A program made the translations under genes and the position numbers. Below, one piece after another: positions 51,678-60,770 of a DNA stretch of 64,000 nucleotides (positions are counted from its first letter, which is position 1; every line of letters starts with the position of its first letter). The stretch is from a virus: positions 68,393 to 132,392 of IMG/VR virus record IMGVR_UViG_3300042402_002841, one strand, 5' to 3'. The notes beneath the pieces are model-generated. The model was not told the origin of the DNA. It saw nothing but the letters and a program-made list of their open reading frames with translations, and did no database searches.

Positions 51678-53086
51678 TGAGAAAAGTATTAGGTTTATTT
51701 TTGATAGTTATTGGTTTAACTTCAGTATTTTCTGTTGTTCCAAATCAAAAGATTGACTATTTAATTGGTGGAGCAGAAAAAGCAAGCGCTTCTTCTGGTG
51801 GACCAATTGTTCTTGACGGAATGGACCCAGTATGTCACGCAGCGATGGGTGAGAACACTGACCAATATATTGCAAAGGTTCTTAAAAGCGTTTATGACCA
51901 ATCAAACATTCCAGGAAATAACGCAAAAATTGCAATTCTCGGTATTGCCAACACATCTTCTGCTGGTGGATGTGGAAATAACTGGAATACTCTTTTGTCA
52001 ACAAAGTTTTTATCTCAATTCACATCTGCGCCGTCTATTCAGTTTGTTACAACTTCTACTGAATTAGACACATTTTTTGCTACAGACATAACATCGGCAC
52101 CACCAAGAATGCTTTGGATTCCAGACGACTGGAGCAGAAGCGGCTTGATAAATGGGAAATTTACTGCCAATGCTGAAAAGATTGCAGACTTCGTAAACTC
52201 TGGTGGCGGCCTTTTTGCCAACTACAACACATACGGTTGGTTGACCGCACTTCTTCCAACTGCAGTATTCAATGATGGTGGATGCAATGGTGGCCCAGAT
52301 GCGACATCTGATGGAACTACAGACTTTGGTTTAACAAATACTATGGTTGCTGCTTGCTGGCACGGTTACTTTACTGGCAATGTAGGAACTCTAAAGACTC
52401 TTGTTGATTATCCATACCCAACATTAACCAGCACAAGAAAAGCAGTATCTATTGGTGGTGGTTCAGTATCGCTTCCAAGTTCATTTACTCTTGCAATTTC
52501 TCCCGAAAATCCAAATGCTGGTGAAGATTTAATTATTACCGCAACAGCACAAACACTCGCTGGAGTGCCGCAGTCTGGAGTAACTGTAACCGTTACTGTC
52601 AGTAGCGGTCCAGATGCGGGTCAAACATTAACTGCAGTAACCGACGCAAGTGGAATTGCGACTATCACTGTAAGAACAAACTCTGTTGGTACCGCCGTAT
52701 ATACAGCAACAGCAACAGTTAATGGTGTAGCAAAGACGGTTTCAGCGACTGTTTCATGGAATCCTCCAACGACCATAAGTGCTGCGCCTACAACTACGGT
52801 TCCAGAAACAACAACTATTGCACCAACAACAGTTGCACCTACAACTATTGCGCCAACAACTATTCCTCCCGTAACAATTCCTACAACAACTATTGAAAAT
52901 ATTGCAGTTACAGATTCATCAATAGTTACCACAACAACAGTGCATGACCACAGTACTCACAGTCATGGTCCAAAACTTCCACAGGCAGGAACTAACACAA
53001 ATTGGCTATGGGGAATTGTATTAATAATTTTAGGATACATACTTCTTACATGGTCTGGAAAACCTCAAACCCACAAACGCCACTAG
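51677..53086 (+). CDS. Exported Ig-like (Big_1) surface protein with LPxAG sortase-type sorting signal
   Basis: Signal peptide, globular domain, TDASGIAT Ig domain, PTT repeats, then LPQAG, a TM helix and a KPQTHKRH tail. Confidence 0.72.
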   Translation: MRKVLGLFLIVIGLTSVFSVVPNQKIDYLIGGAEKASASSGGPIVLDGMDPVCHAAMGENTDQYIAKVLKSVYDQSNIPGNNAKIAILGIANTSSAGGCGNNWNTLLSTKFLSQFTSAPSIQFVTTSTELDTFFATDITSAPPRMLWIPDDWSRSGLINGKFTANAEKIADFVNSGGGLFANYNTYGWLTALLPTAVFNDGGCNGGPDATSDGTTDFGLTNTMVAACWHGYFTGNVGTLKTLVDYPYPTLTSTRKAVSIGGGSVSLPSSFTLAISPENPNAGEDLIITATAQTLAGVPQSGVTVTVTVSSGPDAGQTLTAVTDASGIATITVRTNSVGTAVYTATATVNGVAKTVSATVSWNPPTTISAAPTTTVPETTTIAPTTVAPTTIAPTTIPPVTIPTTTIENIAVTDSSIVTTTTVHDHSTHSHGPKLPQAGTNTNWLWGIVLIILGYILLTWSGKPQTHKRH

Positions 53087-53186
53087 TGGTAAAATTGATT
53101 AATGATACTGGAGGGTAAAGTGCAAAAAAAAAATAAGAAAACCTAAAGTCGGTAAAATCTTAAGAAACAGAAAAGCGAAAAAAAAT

Positions 53187-53711
53187 ATGACAAGAAAATA
53201 CACAGGAAACTCAGACGGACTCGCCAAGGGACCACGCCCAGGCACCGAAGAACTTTTTCGTCTTGCATCAAAAAGATGGGGTTTTACCAATTTGGGAATT
53301 TTTGCCAATCGTCGCATGAATAATGATGCGGCTAAGGCTGACCCTAAGAACCCTAAGTACCTCAGCGTTCATGCCACAGGGCGAGCAGTTGACATGGGTT
53401 ACAAAGACCGCAAGAAAGCCGAAGAATGTTGGAACTTTTTGATTTTTAACACTGCAGCGTTGGGTATTGAAGAGATTCACGACTACGCCTTTGACCCTGA
53501 TGGCAAAGGTCCAGGCAAGGCCTGGGGTGCTGGGTACCGTTGCTCAAGAGGTGAGGGTATGGCTGGAATCGTGATTTTTGATGCAAAACGCAATGCTGGA
53601 ACCCCAGGTGGTTTGTGGTTGCATGTAGAACTTTCTCCAGCAATGGCCGACAATCCAAAAGCGTTTCGCGATGCATGGATTGAATGTTTAAAAAAGTCTG
53701 GCTTAAAGTAA
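53187..53711 (+). CDS. Endolysin, M15-like zinc peptidase
   Basis: LSVHATGRAVD...WLHVE; next to holin-like genes. Confidence 0.7.
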   Translation: MTRKYTGNSDGLAKGPRPGTEELFRLASKRWGFTNLGIFANRRMNNDAAKADPKNPKYLSVHATGRAVDMGYKDRKKAEECWNFLIFNTAALGIEEIHDYAFDPDGKGPGKAWGAGYRCSRGEGMAGIVIFDAKRNAGTPGGLWLHVELSPAMADNPKAFRDAWIECLKKSGLK

Positions 53712-53718
53712 AAAACCA

Positions 53719-53973
53719 ATGGAAGCCGTCATTGTGGCAATCATTGGAACTATTGGCGCTATCGCGGTCGCATTTCTTGAATCTGGACGCAGAACAAGCA
53801 AAGCAAGATGGGAAGAAAATAAGGCTGACCACAACTTTGTTGTAGACAAAATTGACACAATGGGTAAAACTCTTGGTATATCAATTGACAGAGTTGAAAA
53901 AGGTGTAGAGCGCACTGAAGCAAAAATTGACCAACATATTGCGGACCACGCAAGGGGAGAGTTTCAGGAGTAA
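53719..53973 (+). CDS. Single-TM lysis-associated protein
   Basis: N-terminal TM, coiled coil, C-terminal HIADH. Confidence 0.55.
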   Translation: MEAVIVAIIGTIGAIAVAFLESGRRTSKARWEENKADHNFVVDKIDTMGKTLGISIDRVEKGVERTEAKIDQHIADHARGEFQE

Positions 53974-53975
53974 TT

Positions 53976-54185
53976 ATGGCAGGAAAGAAACCAGCAAAAC
54001 CAATGGCAGGACAGTCAAAACAGGTGGTTCAAGACCCTGCGGTATATGGGCAGCCAACAAAGATATATGGTAGTGCTTCTGCTTATTCAGAATGTGTTGA
54101 ATGCGGAAATAAAACAGTCCGTGGAATAGTTCGTGTAAAAGGTGAAAAAAACTATTGCTCAGTGAGGTGTGCAATTAAAAACTAA
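53976..54185 (+). CDS. Small Zn-finger protein
   Basis: CVECG...YCSVRC; AGGAG RBS. Confidence 0.55.
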   Translation: MAGKKPAKPMAGQSKQVVQDPAVYGQPTKIYGSASAYSECVECGNKTVRGIVRVKGEKNYCSVRCAIKN

Positions 54186-54203
54186 ACGCACGGGGGTGTG
54201 GTA

Positions 54204-54437
54204 ATGAAAACTATATTACTTAGAATACTTGCAGTGTTCGCCGCTAATGGACTAGGCGTTATTGGCGCTGGCTCAATCGCAGGAGTTCCTCTTTGGAAGG
54301 CAATTTTCATGGCTGGAATCGCTGGCGTTGCCACTGTTGTTGAAGGTCTTGCACGAGCATATATGGATGACGGCAAAATTGATGCCAATGAGATAAATCA
54401 AGTTTTCAATAAAGTTGACAAAAAAAGCGGACAATAA
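54204..54437 (+). CDS. Holin-like protein
   Basis: Two TM segments and a charged tail DDGKIDANEINQVF. Confidence 0.6.
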   Translation: MKTILLRILAVFAANGLGVIGAGSIAGVPLWKAIFMAGIAGVATVVEGLARAYMDDGKIDANEINQVFNKVDKKSGQ

Positions 54438-54513
54438 CTAGTACCATATGCCTAGTGCCCCCTGTTTCTTAAAGGCGGGCTTTATTTTTCGGATTTAACT
54501 AAGGACCAGTCTC

Positions 54514-54837
54514 ATGGCTACAGAAATGGTGTGGCATAACGATAATCACGCTATTCATCTTCGTGTTAACCGCTCAGAAGTTGAAATTGTGCAAATTGAC
54601 TGCCCAAACGAAGATAGTGGTTCATGCAGAATTGATGGCGACTATTGTGTAGTTCAGTACTTTATTGACCGTTTTGGTTTTGATTGCAATGCTGGTTCAT
54701 GTCCTGCAAATGAAAAAATCCAAATATGCTGGACACTGGGTGGAAATCTTAAAGATATAGATTCATGTCAATTATGGTTTATGCCAATAACTGACGAAAC
54801 ATTCCAGGCTTGGATTGAAAGCCGTTCATCCAATTAA
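54514..54837 (+). CDS. Hypothetical Cys-containing protein
   Basis: AAGGA RBS; 107 aa. Confidence 0.6.
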   Translation: MATEMVWHNDNHAIHLRVNRSEVEIVQIDCPNEDSGSCRIDGDYCVVQYFIDRFGFDCNAGSCPANEKIQICWTLGGNLKDIDSCQLWFMPITDETFQAWIESRSSN

Positions 54838-55151
54838 TCGGCGTAGACTTCTCGTCCACTTTTTCGTTTAGCGAAGTCATATACCTGCTGGGTCCCAGTT
54901 GGGGTGATTTGCCATTCGGATTGGTTAACTTTTTTTACCGAACCGTTTTTTTCTAGCACCTCAAAAGACCTTTTTACTTCATAGTCATTTTTGTAGCGTT
55001 TTATTACGCTCCTGGCGTCTGTTATTGATAAAGGCTTTTTTCGCATTTTGGCGTAGCATAAAAGCGTGTATGTACAAGAGCCATACTTAAAAGTGGGTGC
55101 TGGCAAAACTGGTGCTGGCTTTTGGTTGGGAGTTAATGGTGCTGAAGACAT
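54834..55151 (-). CDS. Winged-helix protein
   Basis: LEKNGSV...WQITPTG wing motif. Confidence 0.55.
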   Translation of the reverse strand: MSSAPLTPNQKPAPVLPAPTFKYGSCTYTLLCYAKMRKKPLSITDARSVIKRYKNDYEVKRSFEVLEKNGSVKKVNQSEWQITPTGTQQVYDFAKRKSGREVYAD

Positions 55152-55167
55152 TGTTTCAACACGATAC

Positions 55168-55596
55168 CTAGAATGGGGCCTCTTCGTCAACCTGCTGTGA
55201 CCGTTTCCACATCAAAAGAATGGCATTCATTATCTCTGGCACACGCTGTATATCAGGGTTTTTTGCAATCAAATTAATGTCAAAAGTGTAGACATTTTTG
55301 CGATTGACTTTTGTCTTTGTAATTAACCCTTGTTCTGCAAGGGTTTTCATGGTTTTTTCAACCATTGTTTCGCTTATTCCTAGATAAACAGCCAGTGCTC
55401 TTTGGGTTATAGTGGGTTCAAGCATTATTGTATAAAGAACCCTACCAGCAGTAGAAAATAGACTTAATTCTCCTGGTTCTGAATAACTTACAATCCTGTT
55501 GTCCTCAAGAGATTTTGCTATTTTTTTGAGCAACTCTTTATCACCAGAAACAATGGTTTCAAGGTCTTTAAAGAACTTATCTATATTGTTCTCCAT
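55168..55596 (-). CDS. MarR-like winged-helix regulator
   Basis: ITQRALAVYLGISETMVEKTMKTLAEQGLI. Confidence 0.75.
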   Translation of the reverse strand: MENNIDKFFKDLETIVSGDKELLKKIAKSLEDNRIVSYSEPGELSLFSTAGRVLYTIMLEPTITQRALAVYLGISETMVEKTMKTLAEQGLITKTKVNRKNVYTFDINLIAKNPDIQRVPEIMNAILLMWKRSQQVDEEAPF

Positions 55597-55684
55597 TGTT
55601 CCCCTTTCGGTGTATTACTTGAGACTAGCATGCTTGCATGCGTTGGTCTAATGTTCTATTATTGTTTTCCACAAGGAGGTAACA

Positions 55685-55954
55685 ATGCTGAAAGACAAAC
55701 TGCTTGCAGTATCGGACAACGAGAATAATAAATCCCTTTGTTCAATAGGTCAATCAATGGCATCAATGGATAAAGAAACTCTTGGTGCCTTTATCAAAGC
55801 AATGAGAAGCGGTGCTTCATCAATACAGATTATGGAAATCTTAAAAGAAGAAGGTTTGGGTTCTTTCAGTATGACCCATCTTAGGGATAAGCGGCGTGAG
55901 TGCTTCAAAGAGGACTCTGGATGCTTCTGTATAAAGGAGGCCAATAATGGCTGA
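55685..55954 (+). CDS. Hypothetical protein
   Basis: AAGGAGG RBS; coupled to the phosphoesterase gene. Confidence 0.65.
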   Translation: MLKDKLLAVSDNENNKSLCSIGQSMASMDKETLGAFIKAMRSGASSIQIMEILKEEGLGSFSMTHLRDKRRECFKEDSGCFCIKEANNG

Positions 55955-57128
55955 AAAGAAAAATATTGCATCAAAACTTGACAGCGTTGCGACGAGTTTT
56001 GACATGACGGAAGCAAAAAAGAAACTTCTTGGCAATTTGGCAGACATGCTGGAACGCAAGAATATTGACCTCAACGAGATTGGTGACATCAAGCGTGTGT
56101 CTTTGTACCAGTCAATGCTCAAAGATGAGCAAGGGGAGGCACAGATTCACGACCTTGCTGCCATTCAGTTTTCACCCAAATGGGAGACTGGCCCAGAATG
56201 GCCTGTAATTACACAAGGCAAGCCTGTACAACTACAAAAGTCAACTACAAAACCCAAGCCTCCAACTGACTTCAAAACATGCGTAGTTCCACCTGATATA
56301 CAGATAGGATACTTCCGCAATAAAGACGGAACCCTTGAGCCAACACATGATGAAAAGGCTATTTCTATCTTCCTTGCACTCATAAAGGAACTGCAACCTG
56401 AACTAATTGTGATGGTCGGAGACAACCTAGACCTTCCAGAGATGGGCAAATATCTCACTTATCCAGCCTATGCTCAAACTACACAGGCCGCTATTGATAG
56501 AGCCACCATGTTGTGTGCTCAAATGCGCAACGCTTGCCCTCACTCAAAGATTGTCTGGCTTGCAGGAAACCACGAAGAGCGCATGCCTAAGTACTTGTTA
56601 ACTAATGCTGGTGCAGCATATGGACTCAGAAAGGGTAATACTCCAGAGTCTTGGCCAGTTCTTTCTGTACCTTACTTGTGTCGTATGGATGAATACGGTG
56701 TTGAATACAAGCCAGGATATCCAGCCGCTGACTTCTGGATTAACAAGAAACTGAAGATTATTCATGGTGACCGAGTCAAGTCATCTGGCTCCACGGCGCA
56801 TGTATATCTCAACGCAGAAAAGGTATCGGTTATCTATGGACATATTCATCGGATTGAAACTGCTTTCAAGACACGCGAGGATTATGACGGTCCGCGCACA
56901 ATCATGGCTGCGTCTCCTGGATGTCTTGCCCGTATTGACGGTGCTATTCCTTCAACTAAAGGTGGTGTAGACCTGGATGGTCGCCCACTTGTTCGCCACG
57001 AAAACTGGCAACAAGGAATTGGCGTGGTCACATATCAAGACAATGGTGACCATAAGTTTGCTTACGAAGTAGCGGCCATTTATGACGGATGGATGATGTA
57101 CAGAGGAAAAGAATATATAGCGGAATAA
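55947..57128 (+). CDS. Calcineurin-like metallophosphoesterase
   Basis: PDIQ, GDNLD, GNHE, HGD and GHIH motifs. Confidence 0.88.
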   Translation: MAEKKNIASKLDSVATSFDMTEAKKKLLGNLADMLERKNIDLNEIGDIKRVSLYQSMLKDEQGEAQIHDLAAIQFSPKWETGPEWPVITQGKPVQLQKSTTKPKPPTDFKTCVVPPDIQIGYFRNKDGTLEPTHDEKAISIFLALIKELQPELIVMVGDNLDLPEMGKYLTYPAYAQTTQAAIDRATMLCAQMRNACPHSKIVWLAGNHEERMPKYLLTNAGAAYGLRKGNTPESWPVLSVPYLCRMDEYGVEYKPGYPAADFWINKKLKIIHGDRVKSSGSTAHVYLNAEKVSVIYGHIHRIETAFKTREDYDGPRTIMAASPGCLARIDGAIPSTKGGVDLDGRPLVRHENWQQGIGVVTYQDNGDHKFAYEVAAIYDGWMMYRGKEYIAE

Positions 57129-57135
57129 CGCTATC

Positions 57136-57178
57136 AATCTGCATTCACTTTAGTTAAATCTAACTGCAGATTCTTTTT
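57136..57178 (+). terminator. Probable intrinsic terminator
   Basis: AATCTGCA...TGCAGATT stem followed by CTTTTT, just after a stop codon. Confidence 0.5.
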
Positions 57179-57250
57179 ACATAAGCGTGCTTGACTTTTG
57201 TGTAGTATCGCGCCAAATTAGTTGAACTTATTCAATAGAGGCTGATACTT

Positions 57251-57865
57251 ATGACCACAATTGCAGGAATACAGGGCGACGGGTATGTCGTCGTCGCTGC
57301 TGATACAAGAATATCGTCTTTAGATGACTCTGGAAACGCTTACCAGATATCTACTCTTGGCTCTGGCACAGCAAAAATCGCCATAAATGGCAAATATCTA
57401 CTAGGTGCTGCTGGTGACATGAGGGCAATCAACCTTCTTCACCATGCCTTTCAACCTCCTGCTCCGACAGTAGGGCTAAGAGGGAAGAGACTTGACTCTT
57501 TTATGACCACCAAGTTCATCCCTGCCCTAAGGTCCTGCTTTGAAACTCACGGGTATTCGGCTGGCAATAACAATAACAATACGATTGCTGAACAAGACTC
57601 ATCAGTAATGGTTGTCATCAATTCTACGATTTATATTATTGAGAACGATTACTCATGGACCCCAGAAGCATCTGGTTTGTATGCAACTGGTACTGGAGCG
57701 CCTTACGCATTGGGGGCTCTACAGGTATTGGTGGCTGGTAAGAAACTTTCACCTGCTCAGGCAAAGAGCGCATTACTCAAGTCTTTGCAGGTTGCTTCTA
57801 AATTTGACCCTTATACGGGTAGCCCTTTTAACACCTATGTTCAAGAAACAGAGAAGACGAAGTGA
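57251..57865 (+). CDS. HslV/proteasome-beta-like Ntn-hydrolase
   Basis: MTTIAG (Thr nucleophile), AADTR, KI, ATGTG..YALGAL and DPYTG. Confidence 0.8.
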   Translation: MTTIAGIQGDGYVVVAADTRISSLDDSGNAYQISTLGSGTAKIAINGKYLLGAAGDMRAINLLHHAFQPPAPTVGLRGKRLDSFMTTKFIPALRSCFETHGYSAGNNNNNTIAEQDSSVMVVINSTIYIIENDYSWTPEASGLYATGTGAPYALGALQVLVAGKKLSPAQAKSALLKSLQVASKFDPYTGSPFNTYVQETEKTK

Positions 57866-57950
57866 CGCCCAATCATTCCTACCATGTTTGCGAATTTGGG
57901 GTAATCAACAAGGAGAGAGAGAACAACCTATATAGAGAGAGAAGACCTTA

Positions 57951-58283
57951 ATGCCTAATAATGATAGCCGTAATATAATTCCCCAATCAGATAAATCTGT
58001 AGATATACTAGATTCAACCTGGTTTGATAACGCTGCTTGCAAAGGTAAAACTCAACTCATGTTCCCCAAAGAACATAAGGATATTACCTATATCGCACAA
58101 GCAAGAGCCATATGTAAATCGTGCCCAGTTCAAAAAGAGTGTTTGGAGTACGCACTAGAGTTCCCACCTGCGGATATGCATGGAGTATGGGCAGGATTGA
58201 CTTCAAGACAATTGGCTGCAGAACAGAGAAGAAGGGGAGTAAGACCCTCAAGACCTACCCTTAGTCAGATGTGGGGAGACTAG
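57951..58283 (+). CDS. whiB: WhiB-family Fe-S transcription factor
   Basis: W...AAC...ICKSCPV..ECLEYAL...GVWAG. Confidence 0.92.
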   Translation: MPNNDSRNIIPQSDKSVDILDSTWFDNAACKGKTQLMFPKEHKDITYIAQARAICKSCPVQKECLEYALEFPPADMHGVWAGLTSRQLAAEQRRRGVRPSRPTLSQMWGD

Positions 58284-58621
58284 CCCACTCTAAAGGAACA
58301 GGTATTGCAGTAGTCGGCAGAGCCAAAAGTAACTATCTGCATATCGCACTCTTCTTTACCACAGGGCATAATGACTCTTTCGCCCTCTAGATACATTCTT
58401 AAGTAATCCGCTGGAGTTGGCTTGGGATAAGGGGCAGGAGCAGGGGGGATGCCCTTTTGACTCTGGCAATACTCCCAGGCCACCCACGACATAAACTCCG
58501 ATAGGGACATACCCATATCACGAGAAGCGTCTATTAGAAGATTCTTTTGAGAGCCAGTGACTTTAACGGTTATCGTATGAACCGCTTTAGGGTGTCTTGA
58601 TTTACTAGGTTTACGACCCAT
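58280..58621 (-). CDS. Ribbon-helix-helix protein with C-terminal Cys motif
   Basis: ITVKVT...GMSLSEF; PCG...C...CNTC. Confidence 0.6.
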   Translation of the reverse strand: MGRKPSKSRHPKAVHTITVKVTGSQKNLLIDASRDMGMSLSEFMSWVAWEYCQSQKGIPPAPAPYPKPTPADYLRMYLEGERVIMPCGKEECDMQIVTFGSADYCNTCSFRVG

Positions 58622-58778
58622 CTCGTTCCACCAACATCGTCAGGTATTCAGTAAGCGTCATATCGTACGCCTCTGCCTGAGACATTAGCAGAAGTTTCAG
58701 TTCGGAGGGGATTCGGAGAGTCAGGGTTACGAAAGGAGTTTCGGGATTCTTGGGAGGACGACCTGGATTACGCTTCAT
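58611..58778 (-). CDS. Ribbon-helix-helix (Arc-like) protein
   Basis: GRPPK...LTLRIPSELK...MTLTEYL. Confidence 0.7.
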   Translation of the reverse strand: MKRNPGRPPKNPETPFVTLTLRIPSELKLLLMSQAEAYDMTLTEYLTMLVERDGS

Positions 58779-58996
58779 TTGGTGAACATCCCGTGGAGAG
58801 AAGCCCACTCACCGCACCAGTAGTTGGGATTAACTAACTCTGGGTGGGGATAGCGGTGACAGATACCAGAGTCGGAGTACTCGGAGGACTCAAAGTATCG
58901 GCAGGTAGAACAGCCCTTGGATGGGAAGTCTGATTTGATGGTCAGGGATTCGTACCCTGGGTTTGAAGTTGAAGATGGGAAATTGTCTGTATTCAC
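58775..58996 (-). CDS. Small Cys-rich protein
   Basis: CSTCRYF...GICHRYP...WCGEW. Confidence 0.6.
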   Translation of the reverse strand: MNTDNFPSSTSNPGYESLTIKSDFPSKGCSTCRYFESSEYSDSGICHRYPHPELVNPNYWCGEWASLHGMFTK

Positions 58997-59013
58997 AACG
59001 CCTGCGGTCCTTT

Positions 59014-59472
59014 TTACGAAATTTTGAATTTTTGTTGTTGAAACTCCGACACTACTTGCTCGTAAGTCTTGATGAAGTTAATCTGGTCGGTTGTGTTATG
59101 CAACTGGTAGGCAGTATCACCAAGCAACTCAACCACCTTGGCGATGCAAGGGTGAAGCCCCAATTCAATTGGCAAACCAGAATTGGCCAATTTTATTTGC
59201 CCAATTAAAGTTGCCCATGCTACGAGAGGTGGAGGCGGGTCCCCAACTTTATTATGGGTATTAATGTACGCCCTTCGGATGTCGCCAGGTGTGGGGCGGT
59301 ACTGGCTGATGGCTGCGTGGTTTAATAAAACCTTCTTGCACCCGTCAAAGGGTAAGTCCTCTAGTAATTCGTACCAAGCCCTCAAGATGACTTTGCGGTC
59401 TACATCCATTAAGACCTGGTTGTACATCGCGTAGGCTGATGTGACTAGGTCTTCTAGTTCCTGCTTGGTCAC
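59014..59472 (-). CDS. Helicase loader/inhibitor-like protein (SPP1 G39P-like)
   Basis: MTKQE...AWYELLEDLPF...YRPTPGDI...AW. Confidence 0.6.
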   Translation of the reverse strand: MTKQELEDLVTSAYAMYNQVLMDVDRKVILRAWYELLEDLPFDGCKKVLLNHAAISQYRPTPGDIRRAYINTHNKVGDPPPPLVAWATLIGQIKLANSGLPIELGLHPCIAKVVELLGDTAYQLHNTTDQINFIKTYEQVVSEFQQQKFKIS

Positions 59473-59843
59473 CAGTCTTCCTTGTCTTCTTTAGATTTAT
59501 CTAGAATCTCTTGGAACTTCTCAATATGTTCGGAGTCTCTGAAAATCAATTCTACCGAGTCATACTTCTTATTCATCTTGTTACGACCCATATGGAACTC
59601 AGAGAGAGCACAGCCGTCTATAGCGTCTCTACATCCATCCATCCCATAGTCGTACAATGCAGAACCAAGATATTGTCGGCGGGCGTCATCTAGGACTGGC
59701 TTGCGTTTAGAGCCGCCACGCATAACTGTTACCCAATACTCCCAGAGTTGTTCTACTTCAGAAGAAGACACAGACATTGCCTTCTTGGAACGAGACAGTT
59801 TTCTCTCTGAGACTGGTCTACCTCGTTTAACTGGTTCAGACAT
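59469..59843 (-). CDS. Replication initiator / replisome organiser-like protein
   Basis: AIDGC..SEFHMGRN....KY.SVELIFR....IEKF; upstream of the G39P-like gene; leaderless start. Confidence 0.5.
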   Translation of the reverse strand: MSEPVKRGRPVSERKLSRSKKAMSVSSSEVEQLWEYWVTVMRGGSKRKPVLDDARRQYLGSALYDYGMDGCRDAIDGCALSEFHMGRNKMNKKYDSVELIFRDSEHIEKFQEILDKSKEDKEDW

Positions 59844-60230
59844 GGTATTAGTATAATCCTTTCCACCACCGAGAATCAAATCATCAAACAATGTCTTAGA
59901 GACAAATGAATTGTTCACTGACTATTACCCTTCTTTGGAGGGGGTTCGGGGGAACCTTTACGAAATTATATTTTATTTTCGCGCAGCACAAAAAGAATTC
60001 CATTTTTCAGGAAAGTGTTTTTCAGAACTGCGGAAGGTACCTTCTGATTTGTTGGTGTCATCGTAGCAGTAAGAGCCGCCACATGCAACACCAATTTGAA
60101 ATTTTTCTGACCGAGGCATTTTCGCGCAAACTACAACGATGTGATAATGTTGTAGGTACCAGAGGGGACTTTCCTCCTTTCACCCCGATGGCCCTCGGGG
60201 CTTTGAGCCGCTATGCGGAAGGTACTTTGT

Positions 60231-60770
60231 TTAGCGCTCAGCCTCGGGGGAGGGGGAATCTTGATTGCTTTCCACCACCGTCAGTGGTAAAAGGAAATCT
60301 CCGCTTTCCCAGAGCGCACCAACTGCTGCGTACCCTAAGACATCCAGATAATTGTCTTTTATTGATTCGTTATTTGGACTCTGTCCAGATTTGGTCAGGT
60401 TCTCTAAGCGTGCAATCTTGTCGTGCATTCGTACCAGGATGCCATCCCGCCCGAACTTCGCAATATTCTCTGGACCGTAGTCCGCCTGTTTTTTGCACAA
60501 AACCGCGACGGCCGCGTCTTCGTTATAAAAATCGCTAAATTCTTTTGATGCAGCGGCCAGCGCGATGGCTCCAAGATTTATGAAAGAAAGTTCCGCTCCC
60601 GCGATGGCTTCTGGTTTCTGATAAAAATTTGAAAATATCGCGCTATAGGTATCGCGGATGCGTGCGAGTCCCGACTTGCTGTCCGAGTACTCATACATGT
60701 AGATGTTGAACATCATGTTTACAACTACAGCCGCAGCGGTATTCCAGGTTTTGTCTTCAGAAATATTCAT
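60231..60770 (-). CDS. DUF1599 / nucleotide-modification-associated domain protein (MazG-like fold)
   Basis: KKQADYG..NI...G...ILVRMHDKIARL...ESIKDNYLDVLGYA. Confidence 0.8.
   Translation of the reverse strand: MNISEDKTWNTAAAVVVNMMFNIYMYEYSDSKSGLARIRDTYSAIFSNFYQKPEAIAGAELSFINLGAIALAAASKEFSDFYNEDAAVAVLCKKQADYGPENIAKFGRDGILVRMHDKIARLENLTKSGQSPNNESIKDNYLDVLGYAAVGALWESGDFLLPLTVVESNQDSPSPEAER

Noticed and set aside
59906-60538. 210-aa plus-strand ORF
   Set aside because: It is antisense to the DUF1599 gene, spans the structured non-coding region and has an implausible composition.
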